The translations under genes and the position numbers were made by a program. A stretch of DNA of 64,000 nucleotides from a virus (lineage: Duplodnaviria; Caudoviricetes). Of this stretch, positions 46,844 through 55,381 are shown one piece after another. The notes below the pieces were generated by a model. It saw only the letters and a program-made list of their open reading frames with translations, was not told the DNA's origin and did no database searches. Numbering within the stretch: position 1 is the stretch's first letter; each line of letters starts with the position of its first letter. The stretch covers positions 8,418 to 72,417 of the IMG/VR virus record IMGVR_UViG_2561511128_000006; one strand, given 5' to 3'.

Positions 46844-48022
46844 ATGCCTCTGACAGATACGCGGATCAAAGCAGCCAAGCCCACGGATAAGGTCTACAAG
46901 ATTTATGATGCCGAAGGGTTGTACATTGAAGTCCCGCCGAACGGCAGCAAGCGGTGGCGGTTCAAATACAGGATAAACGGCAAAGAAAAACGGATCAGCC
47001 TCGGTATCTATCCCGAGATTGGTTTAAAGGATGCGCGGGAAAAACGTGATGAAGCCCGAAGGCAGGTTGCGGCGGGCCGGGACCCCAGCGTCATAAAAAA
47101 CAAGACTGCATATGCGGAGAAAACCTTTCAGCACATAGCCGACGAATGGGTTGCGCTTCATCGGGCAACATGGGCTCCGCGTCATACGGAAACGGTCGAG
47201 CAAAGGCTGAGAAGCTACATTTATCCGGAACTTGGCAATGTCCCTTTGAAGGACATTACCCCGATTGAAGTCCTGAGCGTGATCAAGGCGATTGAAAAGA
47301 GGGGAGCTTTGGAGGCGGCCCGCAGGACACTCGCGATCTGCTCGCAGGTTTTTCGATATGGAGTCGCTTCGGCACTTATCCCCAGTGACCCCTGTCGGGA
47401 CCTTAGGGGAGCACTTGCGCCACGGGAAGAGGGGCATTTTCCGGCATTGGTGGATCGGGATGGCGCAACGGCAGTGATGCGGGCGATCCATCATTATAAA
47501 GGATCGGCTGTTGTCCGATTGGCGTTGCGTGTGCAGGCTCTGACCTTCGTACGCCCCGGCGAGTTGCGGTGGGCGAAGTGGCCGGAGTTCGATATGGCGG
47601 GTGCGCTCTGGGTGATTCCCGCAGAGCGCATGAAGATGAAGCGGGAACACTGGGTTCCCTTGTCAAGGCAGGTATTGGAGATTCTGGAGGAGCTGCATGA
47701 GATCACAGGTCATCGGGAGTACCTGTTCCCGTCGATGCGGGCGAGAAAGGATGTGCCCATTTCTGAGAACACGCTCAACGCAGCACTCAAGAGTTTGGGC
47801 TTTGACGGCATCCATGTGGCGCACGGTTTTCGGGCGATGGCTTCAAGCCTTCTGAATGAAATGGGCTGGCGCCCGGATGTCATCGAGCGCCAGCTTTCGC
47901 ATGTTGAAGAAAACAAGGTGCGTGCAGCGTACAACCGGGCGGAGTACATTACCGAGCGCCGCCAAATGATGCAGGCTTGGTCTGATTTTCTCGTTGGGTT
48001 GGCTTCCACTTCCCCGCAATAA
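46844..48022 (+). CDS. int: Tyrosine integrase, P4/IntA-like with arm-binding domain
   Basis: MPLTDTRIK..KP..K.YK..D..GLY; R(PGEL), HGFR, QLSH, AYN catalytic motifs. Confidence 0.96.
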   Translation: MPLTDTRIKAAKPTDKVYKIYDAEGLYIEVPPNGSKRWRFKYRINGKEKRISLGIYPEIGLKDAREKRDEARRQVAAGRDPSVIKNKTAYAEKTFQHIADEWVALHRATWAPRHTETVEQRLRSYIYPELGNVPLKDITPIEVLSVIKAIEKRGALEAARRTLAICSQVFRYGVASALIPSDPCRDLRGALAPREEGHFPALVDRDGATAVMRAIHHYKGSAVVRLALRVQALTFVRPGELRWAKWPEFDMAGALWVIPAERMKMKREHWVPLSRQVLEILEELHEITGHREYLFPSMRARKDVPISENTLNAALKSLGFDGIHVAHGFRAMASSLLNEMGWRPDVIERQLSHVEENKVRAAYNRAEYITERRQMMQAWSDFLVGLASTSPQ

Positions 48023-48176
48023 AAGCGTTGATGTCAGATTCCCTCCAGAACCGGCACCGCCCCTTCTTTTGGGATTGCGGTGCCCTTCCTTCCTGTGACC
48101 ACTTCCGCCACGTTGAGGAAACCACGCCTACACGACCGATGAAATCCTTGAGCTTCAAAAGGCGATCTTCTGCCAT
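47949..48176 (-). CDS. AlpA/Xis-like excisionase
   Basis: LLKL...GV..STW...EGR.P...GR...WRESDI; convergent overlap with int. Confidence 0.8.
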   Translation of the reverse strand: MAEDRLLKLKDFIGRVGVVSSTWRKWSQEGRAPQSQKKGRCRFWRESDINAFIAGKWKPTQRENQTKPASFGGAR

Positions 48177-48250
48177 ATCAAGTCGTCTCCAGATGAAGCA
48201 AGCTCATGCACGCTCCGTCTTGTGAAGGTAAAAGAGGGCATGAACTCCAA

Positions 48251-48643
48251 TTACAGCCCCATGACACCGGGAACGCCGACCCGGTGGAAGGTATTCATGA
48301 GCAGAGCATCCATCACGTCCGCGACATCTCCGGCGTCGACGTCGGTTGAACATTGGCCAGCTGCGTGCATGATGCTTTTGAACGATACCAGAGGGGAAAG
48401 GGCTCCTTCCAGTTCGTCCCGCCGCATGGATACAGTATCCGCCGCCGCTTTTTGCAGGTTCGCGATCCGGCGCGCTTCGTTGCCAGCGGCATAGGCGACA
48501 TTCCATGCAGGGGATTCTCCTGGGATGGCATTGGGCTTTTCCATTTTTAGCGCATCCATCTCTTCATCAGCGAGCCGTTCGGCCATCGTCACGATCCGGC
48601 TTGCTCCGTCAAGGGAATGGGTTTCCAGAGTGCTTTTGTGCAT
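48251..48643 (-). CDS. Hypothetical phage protein
   Basis: AAGGA RBS; helical ORF upstream of xis. Confidence 0.6.
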   Translation of the reverse strand: MHKSTLETHSLDGASRIVTMAERLADEEMDALKMEKPNAIPGESPAWNVAYAAGNEARRIANLQKAAADTVSMRRDELEGALSPLVSFKSIMHAAGQCSTDVDAGDVADVMDALLMNTFHRVGVPGVMGL

Positions 48644-48979
48644 GGCGGCTGTCCTTTGCTTGAGTGGTGAAAATCGTCAATCCCTGACCTCATTCCCTGC
48701 CGTCGCTTGCTTTCCCGCTCCCGTGGGCTTGCGGCTTGCCGTGCTTGGTACTTGTTGAGGCTGCGTTTGCGGCACTTCAAGGCTACTATTCCGGTCCGGG
48801 GACGCGTACTTTTCGACTCGTGCCGTTTGGCAAAATCAATATTGCCAAATGTCAAAATTAAAAGCAAGTAAAAATTGACAAAAAGAAAAATTACACAGAA
48901 TCCTCACCTTGCAATATTGACAAACAGCACAAACGAAAGGGCCTGAAACCGGAAGGTATCGGCCCTTTCGTTTTAACGG

Positions 48980-49864
48980 TTATGCGAGCTTGCGCAGTGC
49001 GAGCGCGGCCTGGAGCGATGACTGCGCCAGCCCGAGGCTGTACCAGGCGGCGTTGATGTGGTGTTTGATGGCCTTCTCGACTTCAAACGGAACCGAGCCG
49101 ATGCCGCTCAGTTCCCTGCGCACGGTGATATGCGTCCAGTTTTCAGTACCGTCGAGGGCGAAGAGGGCTTTTTCGATGTCGGCGAACAGGCGTTCCGTGG
49201 CGGGGAGGCCGGGGAGCCTTTGGGGAACGGGGCGGCGGGTGACGACTTCCGGCACGGTGGACAGGGTGTCCAGAATGTTCCGCCATGCGTCCGTCTGGCG
49301 GGCAGCGTAGCTCTGGGAGAGGAAGATGATCCCCTCGCGGGAAACCATATACTGCGGGCAGCGCTGGCCCTTGGCGTCTACATAGTTCCCCCTGACGAAA
49401 GCGTCCCGTTGCGGGCAGACGGCGGCGGCGCGGCTTATGGCGTCGAGCACGGTGGAGTGGCGCTTATGCAGCTCTCCGGCGATGGTGCGGGAGGAGATGC
49501 GGGAGAGGGTGCCTGTGGGTGGCGTCTGGGCATCGACGGGCACCCTGTCGCCGTACCGTTCGATGACGTCGAGAACCCACTTGCGGAACGCCTTGGCGAC
49601 GGGTGTCCGGGCGAACATGGCGAGGAGGTGGCAGCCGCGGAGGGAGAAGATGCGGGTCATGACGGGAATTCCCGTGGTACTCGAATTGATGACCACGCTC
49701 ATATCATTGGAAAATTCATCTTCATTGCGGCGGTAAATATTGGCAACCGCCTTTTCGGAAGAATATCCCAAGGCACGGGCAAGTTCAGAAGACTTGAACC
49801 AAGGCTGGTTGTCGCGGGTGACGGGGGAGAAGGTGAACTCATTGAAGCAGAGGGCTTGTGACAT
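48980..49864 (-). CDS. BRO-N + Rha-domain antirepressor (copy B)
   Basis: N-terminus paralogous to 26552-27478; SSR.IA...KRH..VL..I and YVD.KG...PQY...R.G Rha motifs. Confidence 0.88.
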   Translation of the reverse strand: MSQALCFNEFTFSPVTRDNQPWFKSSELARALGYSSEKAVANIYRRNEDEFSNDMSVVINSSTTGIPVMTRIFSLRGCHLLAMFARTPVAKAFRKWVLDVIERYGDRVPVDAQTPPTGTLSRISSRTIAGELHKRHSTVLDAISRAAAVCPQRDAFVRGNYVDAKGQRCPQYMVSREGIIFLSQSYAARQTDAWRNILDTLSTVPEVVTRRPVPQRLPGLPATERLFADIEKALFALDGTENWTHITVRRELSGIGSVPFEVEKAIKHHINAAWYSLGLAQSSLQAALALRKLA

Positions 49865-49914
49865 GATGCAACTCCTACGGATAAAAAAGAGTTGGCATCG
49901 CCTACGAATAGCGA

Positions 49915-49994
49915 ATGCCGGGTGTTCGTAACCGCCCGTAGGTGCGGCTCCCTGCCTTTAGCTTACGCTTGGACATATCAGGGACACCCGGCAT
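49915..49994 (-). ncRNA. C4-like antisense RNA (copy B), about 80 nt
   Basis: Closing stem ATGCCGGGTGT/ACACCCGGCAT; loop CCTACGG and segment GTTACGAAC. Confidence 0.72.
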
Positions 49995-50165
49995 CAAGAG
50001 GATGCAAGTATAGCAGGAAACCAAAGTCAAAAAGAATCTTGACTTTGTCAAAAAGGCACAAAAAGAGCCATACTATCGGGTGGCGTTGTCCGCCTACGGG
50101 AAAAGGTGTTACGAGCACCGTAACCAGACAACGCCACAAAAATGGGGTAATGTCAAGGGTAAATA

Positions 50166-51062
50166 TCAACTGCAATATGGAATAGAAGATCTGGATACAG
50201 TTATCTTGTCTAGATTGAATCCATTGTGCACAAGAAAATATTTAAGTTCATCTTCTTTTATTGTACAACATGGTCCTAGTATAATTTCATGGATAGATTC
50301 TTCTAGGTACTTAAATTCAAAATATGGAATTAAATTATCTTGAGTTGCATAGAATTTCAAATCTCCTATTTCTTGATATGTATCACTATGTTCTTCGTCA
50401 GCCCATGTACAATTTTTGTAATTATTTATATCATTTTTGTATGTATCATTTATTATTTTATTAATACTTGTTCCGTATTTCATACTTTTAATACCTAGCG
50501 GTATAAATACTATTCTTGATTCTTCTTCCTCTATGAATCCATTGTGTTTTAATAGCGATGCTTCTTTTATTATATTTATTATATTTATGTAATATGATTC
50601 TAATATTGTTGGTTTAGAAAAATTTTTATATATATCATTAATTATAACATTGATATCATGTTTATTTTTGTCAATATAGCTTTCATTGTCATAACAAACT
50701 TTTTCATAGAATAAATTATGGTATTTTAAATTAAATTTAAATCCTATTGATATGCCTCTTCCATCGTTACCGTATGCTCTCCATTGACTAAGCTTATCTC
50801 CTTTTTTAGAAAAACAAGATATAAAAACATCTGTTTTTAAAAAATAATCAATTACAATATTTTTATTTATTCTCTTTATATTTGTTTGTTTAGTGTCTTC
50901 CTTGTATAAAATATCTATTTTTTTCTCTATATAATCTAATAATAATTTCAATTCTTTTTTGTCATTCTGGTGATAGGCTGATGTAAGGCGTAGTTTTTTA
51001 CTTTCGATAATTTTTTGAAAAACATCAATACTTCTATACTGATACATAGTTTCATTTTTCAT
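50166..51062 (-). CDS. DUF2971-family protein
   Basis: LRLT...NDKKE, FISCFS...DKLSQWRAY...GISIGF, K...F.EEEESR, IILGP; extremely AT-rich. Confidence 0.85.
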   Translation of the reverse strand: MKNETMYQYRSIDVFQKIIESKKLRLTSAYHQNDKKELKLLLDYIEKKIDILYKEDTKQTNIKRINKNIVIDYFLKTDVFISCFSKKGDKLSQWRAYGNDGRGISIGFKFNLKYHNLFYEKVCYDNESYIDKNKHDINVIINDIYKNFSKPTILESYYINIINIIKEASLLKHNGFIEEEESRIVFIPLGIKSMKYGTSINKIINDTYKNDINNYKNCTWADEEHSDTYQEIGDLKFYATQDNLIPYFEFKYLEESIHEIILGPCCTIKEDELKYFLVHNGFNLDKITVSRSSIPYCS

Positions 51063-51078
51063 TTTACTTACTCAATGT

Positions 51079-51339
51079 TTAATAATGATACCGACATTGC
51101 AACACGATCAACGTGTCACTTCGCTCATCCAGTTTATAGGCGAGGCGCTCTTCCTGATTGATACGGCGCGACCAGCATCCGGCAAGATCGAAGCGTAGCG
51201 GCTCCGGCTTGCCGAGTCCTTTAAAAGGGGAACACAGCGCGTCATGCAAAAGTTCGTTGATGCGTTTTACCGTGCGCTTGTCGATATGTTGCCAGTATAG
51301 ATAGTCTTCCCACGCCTGCGGCGTCCATGTGAGCCGCAT
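51079..51339 (-). CDS. yoeB: YoeB/Txe toxin
   Basis: AWEDYLYWQ..DK, PFKGLGKPEPL...LAGCWSRRIN.E.RL.Y, RYHY. Confidence 0.95.
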   Translation of the reverse strand: MRLTWTPQAWEDYLYWQHIDKRTVKRINELLHDALCSPFKGLGKPEPLRFDLAGCWSRRINQEERLAYKLDERSDTLIVLQCRYHY

Positions 51340-51593
51340 CAGTCCACCATCTCATGCGCCGTAGTTGCGCCGGTATTGGCGGCGCTCAGAGAGTCCCGCA
51401 GGCGAGAGGCATTGGCTGGCGAGCGCAACAGATAGGCGGTTTCCATGATGCTGTTGTAATCCTCCAGAGACATCATGACCACGGAAGGCGACTTCTGGCG
51501 GGTGATGATGACCGCTTCGTGATGGTCGCAGACTCGGTTCATAGTGTCTGCAAGGTTCTGGCGGGCTTTGGAATAGGTAATGGCCTGAGACAT
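51339..51593 (-). CDS. yefM: YefM/Phd antitoxin
   Basis: TYSKARQNL...V.D...VIITR...VMMSLEDYNSI.ET.YLLRSPANA. Confidence 0.95.
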   Translation of the reverse strand: MSQAITYSKARQNLADTMNRVCDHHEAVIITRQKSPSVVMMSLEDYNSIMETAYLLRSPANASRLRDSLSAANTGATTAHEMVD

Positions 51594-51609
51594 GGCAATC
51601 TCCTATTTT

Positions 51610-51644
51610 TGTACAAATATATGTACGTAACAAGGGCAGGTCAA
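51610..51644 (-). promoter_or_regulatory. yefM-yoeB promoter/operator
   Basis: TTGACC-17-TATATT flanked by TGTACA (51610) and TGTACG (51622) cores 12 bp apart. Confidence 0.75.
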
Positions 51645-51793
51645 GCCAAATAAAAGGCGATAGGGTAGTGGGAAAGTCAAGGCGGCGGGGGACGAAAAAG
51701 CCACTCACGGTGGAAGGGCTTGGGGGAGTTTTCAAATTTGAAGTATACGGATACTCTGTTTTTAAGACAAAACTTATAGAAGAGGGATTGAAC

Positions 51794-53353
51794 ATGGATT
51801 TACATTCGTTGGTAAAAGATTTCAGTACCACGCCATTCCTCTTTGTGGGGTCTGGTTTTTCACGGAGATATTACGATCTTCCCGACTGGGAAGGGCTTTT
51901 GAAGATTTTTGTCCAAAGATTAAGTGGTGATGAATTCGCCTTCAACAAGTATACAAGTACGGCTGAAAGCCTCATCAACTCCGGAAGAGAAGGAGTTCGA
52001 CTTGCCGTTGTAGCAGGACTTGTCATGCAGGATTTTGACAAACGCTGGTATGAGGAGCCATCTTTCAGACAGGTGAAAGATGACTATAAGCCGTTTGTAA
52101 AGAACGGTCAGTCACCATTCAAGGTGGAGATAGCCCAATATATTGATGAGCATTCAATTCCTGTGGAGAACATGCGTGATGAGTTGGCAAAACTAAAGGA
52201 ACTTTCCAACCGTAGTTTGGCTGGTATCATTACCACGAATTATGATCGCCTTCTTGAGGTGGAAACGGAAGGCTATAAATCCTTTGTAGGGCAAGAAGAA
52301 CTTATTTTTTCGGCACTTCAGGGTTGGGCGGAAATATACAAAATACATGGTTCCGTTACCGATCCAAGCACTATTCTTATTACTGACAAAGATTATAGAG
52401 AATTTAAGGAGTTCAGCCCTTATCTTACAGCAAAACTCATGACGATATTTATGGAATATCCTATCATATTTATGGGGTATTCCTTGACTGATCCCAATAT
52501 CCGCATCATATTGGAAGATCTCGGAAAATGCTTATCAAAGAAAAATCTCGAAAAGCTTCAGAGTCGTTTTATTTATGTTGAGCATAAAAGGGGACAGGAG
52601 GATGTGGAGCTTTTTGAACATTCTGTAGCAATCGGTGATGACCATATCCATATGACTGGAATCAGAACAGATAATTTTATGGCGATTTATGAAGCCCTTG
52701 GGGATAAGCGGGCTTCTCTTCCTGCCAAGCTTATTCGTATGTTCAAGCAAGAATTCTACACTTTTGCATTAACTAATGAACCTACGGCTAGAATGCGTGT
52801 GGCTGCTATTGATGACGAAAGGGTAGGGGATGAAGAACTTGTACTTGGAATTGGAAAGTCTTCAGAGTTTGCCTTAAAGGGGCTGTCCGGAATGACGTCA
52901 AGAGAATGGTATCAACATGTCGTTCTGCATGATCTGGAGTTTACTGCCGATGATATTTTAACATATGCTTTCCCGTCCCTATATAGAGCTAATAATGTAT
53001 TACCATTGAATATGTTGCTAAAAGAAGCTGCGGGAAATTATCCAGAGTGTATAGAATGTAGATGTACAAATTTTGATGATATAATTAATGGAAGACATAA
53101 AAAAAATAGAAATAGAAAACATATACCTGCAAGAAGTGTTAACGGAATTGTTGAAACATTCCATAATGATACGCATAAAATTATATACGAAATACCTTAT
53201 CTCAATGAATCTGAAATAGATGTGGATGAGTTAGAGAACTACCTGATAAACTTTTTCCGCCAAAGGGGGGCTTACGACAACCTAAACAGCAATGAAAGAT
53301 CGGATATGAATAGGTTGGTGCGGATATTCGATTACTTGAAATATGGCAGATGA
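51794..53353 (+). CDS. SIR2-like domain protein (candidate NADase)
   Basis: PFLFVGSGFSRRY...W, IITTNYD, IYKIHGS, IIFMGYSLTD; AT-rich. Confidence 0.9.
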   Translation: MDLHSLVKDFSTTPFLFVGSGFSRRYYDLPDWEGLLKIFVQRLSGDEFAFNKYTSTAESLINSGREGVRLAVVAGLVMQDFDKRWYEEPSFRQVKDDYKPFVKNGQSPFKVEIAQYIDEHSIPVENMRDELAKLKELSNRSLAGIITTNYDRLLEVETEGYKSFVGQEELIFSALQGWAEIYKIHGSVTDPSTILITDKDYREFKEFSPYLTAKLMTIFMEYPIIFMGYSLTDPNIRIILEDLGKCLSKKNLEKLQSRFIYVEHKRGQEDVELFEHSVAIGDDHIHMTGIRTDNFMAIYEALGDKRASLPAKLIRMFKQEFYTFALTNEPTARMRVAAIDDERVGDEELVLGIGKSSEFALKGLSGMTSREWYQHVVLHDLEFTADDILTYAFPSLYRANNVLPLNMLLKEAAGNYPECIECRCTNFDDIINGRHKKNRNRKHIPARSVNGIVETFHNDTHKIIYEIPYLNESEIDVDELENYLINFFRQRGAYDNLNSNERSDMNRLVRIFDYLKYGR

Positions 53354-53356
53354 AAC

Positions 53357-53409
53357 AAAAAGCCTTGGCTTAGTGGATAATTATTATCCACAAAGAGCCA
53401 AGGCTTTTT
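53357..53409. terminator. Bidirectional terminator between SIR2 and cI
   Basis: AAAAAGCCTTGGCT...AGCCAAGGCTTTTT with an internal palindrome. Confidence 0.7.
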
Positions 53410-53598
53410 GTATAAAAAAGCGGGGCATTTGGGGTACAACAAATACGCAGTCCACTCTGACAGCAGACACCTCGTAACGCGTACCTTTTTGAATAGAATA
53501 GATGGAAATGGAGTTTTGTCAACTGCGGGCGCTGATGCCGATAGTGGTAATCTCTTTGAATAGTTATTTTTATTGTGTTGTCATGAGGTGCACTGTTT

Positions 53599-54216
53599 CT
53601 ATAGCACCCTTCCAAACCACCGCACCCGTCCGTAGACACGGAAAGCTTCAAGGTCGGGACCTTCCACCGCTACGTCCGCGAAATCGCGGTTTTCCGAGCG
53701 CAGAAGCCAGCCGCGGGCCGTGCGCTGGAGACGCTTGACCAAAAGCTCCTCACCGAGGCCAACGAGAAAGATTTTGCCGTCGCTCGGTTCCTTGACCGAC
53801 TGATCCACGAGTATGGTGTCCTTGTGGCGGATGAGCGGTTCCATGCTGTTGCCTATGACGTCGAGCATGACGGATTCCTTGGAGTGGATGCCCACGCGGT
53901 TCAGGAAGTCGCGGCGGAAGGCGTAATACCCGAGTACTTCGTCGGACGTGATCAGGGACGAACCCGCTCCGGCCCGTGCGGTCACCTTCGGAACCATGTC
54001 ATACCCCTCGAGACGTTCACCATGTTCCGGGACGTCAATTCCCATGAGATCAAGGGCTTTTCCCAGTTCGTTGAGCGTAGGTGTGCGATCCCCGAGAAGC
54101 CAGCGGCGCAGCGTGTGCGGGTTGATGCCAAAGTAGGATCCGGCAGCCGTTACATTGCCGTTGAACTCGCGTTCGACGTAATTTTTCAAAATGTGGAGGA
54201 TTTTTTCTGCGTACAT
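53599..54216 (-). CDS. cI: CI-like repressor of prophage 2 (HTH + S24)
   Basis: GINPHTLRRW HTH, ARAGAG, VIGNSMEP, LVKR. Confidence 0.92.
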   Translation of the reverse strand: MYAEKILHILKNYVEREFNGNVTAAGSYFGINPHTLRRWLLGDRTPTLNELGKALDLMGIDVPEHGERLEGYDMVPKVTARAGAGSSLITSDEVLGYYAFRRDFLNRVGIHSKESVMLDVIGNSMEPLIRHKDTILVDQSVKEPSDGKIFLVGLGEELLVKRLQRTARGWLLRSENRDFADVAVEGPDLEAFRVYGRVRWFGRVL

Positions 54217-54236
54217 GGGATAATTGTATGGAAACA

Positions 54237-54303
54237 ATTGACATATGTCAATTTGACTAAGAGAGATTTTTGTCTTGCATTTAGTTTGACAATAGTCAAT
54301 AAT
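54237..54303. promoter_or_regulatory. Prophage 2 switch region: two TTGAC-N4-GTCAA operators and pR
   Basis: ATTGACATATGTCAAT (54237-54252), TTGACAATAGTCAA (54286-54299); TTGCAT-17-AATAAT. Confidence 0.72.
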
Positions 54304-54311
54304 CTTGACTT

Positions 54312-54542
54312 ATGAACACACTCGCATTGCTCATCAATCAGATGGGGCTGACCCCGGCGGAAGCCGCCAGGCGGACGGGCATCGCTTATGCCACCGTGTG
54401 GCGGCACTGTAACGGGACACGCGCCATCTCGGCTGAGGACGCCGTCAGGTACGAGCGGGGGCTTGGCATCAGCCGCCATTTGCTCCGGCCGGATCTGTGG
54501 GCCACTCCGGTGTCGTCCGTAAACGCAGGAGGGCACCCATGA
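54312..54542 (+). CDS. cro: Cro-like HTH protein
   Basis: TPAEAARRTGIAYATVWR; LRPDLW C-terminus. Confidence 0.85.
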   Translation: MNTLALLINQMGLTPAEAARRTGIAYATVWRHCNGTRAISAEDAVRYERGLGISRHLLRPDLWATPVSSVNAGGHP

Positions 54543-55378
54543 ACGGTTTTCGCATCATTACCGCCGATGAGCGGATGGAGGAGCAGGGCGGCATCAAGGG
54601 CGTCATCTTCGGCCCGGCGAAGATCGGCAAGACTTCCCTTTTGTGGACGCTTGACCCGGAGACGACGCTGTTCCTCGACCTTGAGGCGGGCGGGCTGTCC
54701 GTACGGGGCTGGGGCGGCGACTCGCTCGAAATCCGGGACTGGGAGACGGCTCGGGACGTGGCCTGTTTTCTCGGCGGGCCAAACCCCGCCATGCGTCCGG
54801 ACCAGCCGTATAGTCAGGCTCATTACGATTATGTGCTTGGGCAGTATGGCGATCCCGCCACGACGGAAAAATACCGGACTCTCTTCATCGACTCCATCAC
54901 CGTGGCCTCGAGGCTGTGTTTCCAGTGGGCATCGGGCCAGCCGGAAGCTTTCAGCGAGAAGACGGGAAAGCCGGATTCCCGCGGGGCGTACGGACTGCTC
55001 GGAAAGGAGATGATCCGTTGGGTGACGCAGCTTCAGTATATCCGTGGGCGCAACGTCTGGTTCGTAGGCCTGCTGGACGCCAAACGGGACGACTTCAACC
55101 GTGAGTTTTTCGAACCGCAGATTGAGGGAGCCAAGACCGGACTGGAACTCCCCGGCATTGTGGATCAAGTCGTCACCATGACCGAATTGAGGACGGACGA
55201 CGGGGCGCCGTACAGGGCGTTTGTCTGTTCCCGGCCCAACCCGTGGAACTATCCGGCCGGAGACCGGTCCGGCAAACTGGACATGATCGAACAGCCTCAC
55301 CTTGGCGGGCTGATGGAGAAAATCCACCGGGGCGAACGCAAGGCTATTTCTTCTTACACCTATAATCTGAAAGGATAA
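54539..55378 (+). CDS. Sak4-like AAA ATPase recombinase
   Basis: IFGPAKIGKT Walker A, FLDLEAG, FIDSIT; followed by an SSB-like gene. Confidence 0.87.
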   Translation: MNGFRIITADERMEEQGGIKGVIFGPAKIGKTSLLWTLDPETTLFLDLEAGGLSVRGWGGDSLEIRDWETARDVACFLGGPNPAMRPDQPYSQAHYDYVLGQYGDPATTEKYRTLFIDSITVASRLCFQWASGQPEAFSEKTGKPDSRGAYGLLGKEMIRWVTQLQYIRGRNVWFVGLLDAKRDDFNREFFEPQIEGAKTGLELPGIVDQVVTMTELRTDDGAPYRAFVCSRPNPWNYPAGDRSGKLDMIEQPHLGGLMEKIHRGERKAISSYTYNLKG

Positions 55379-55381
55379 GTC

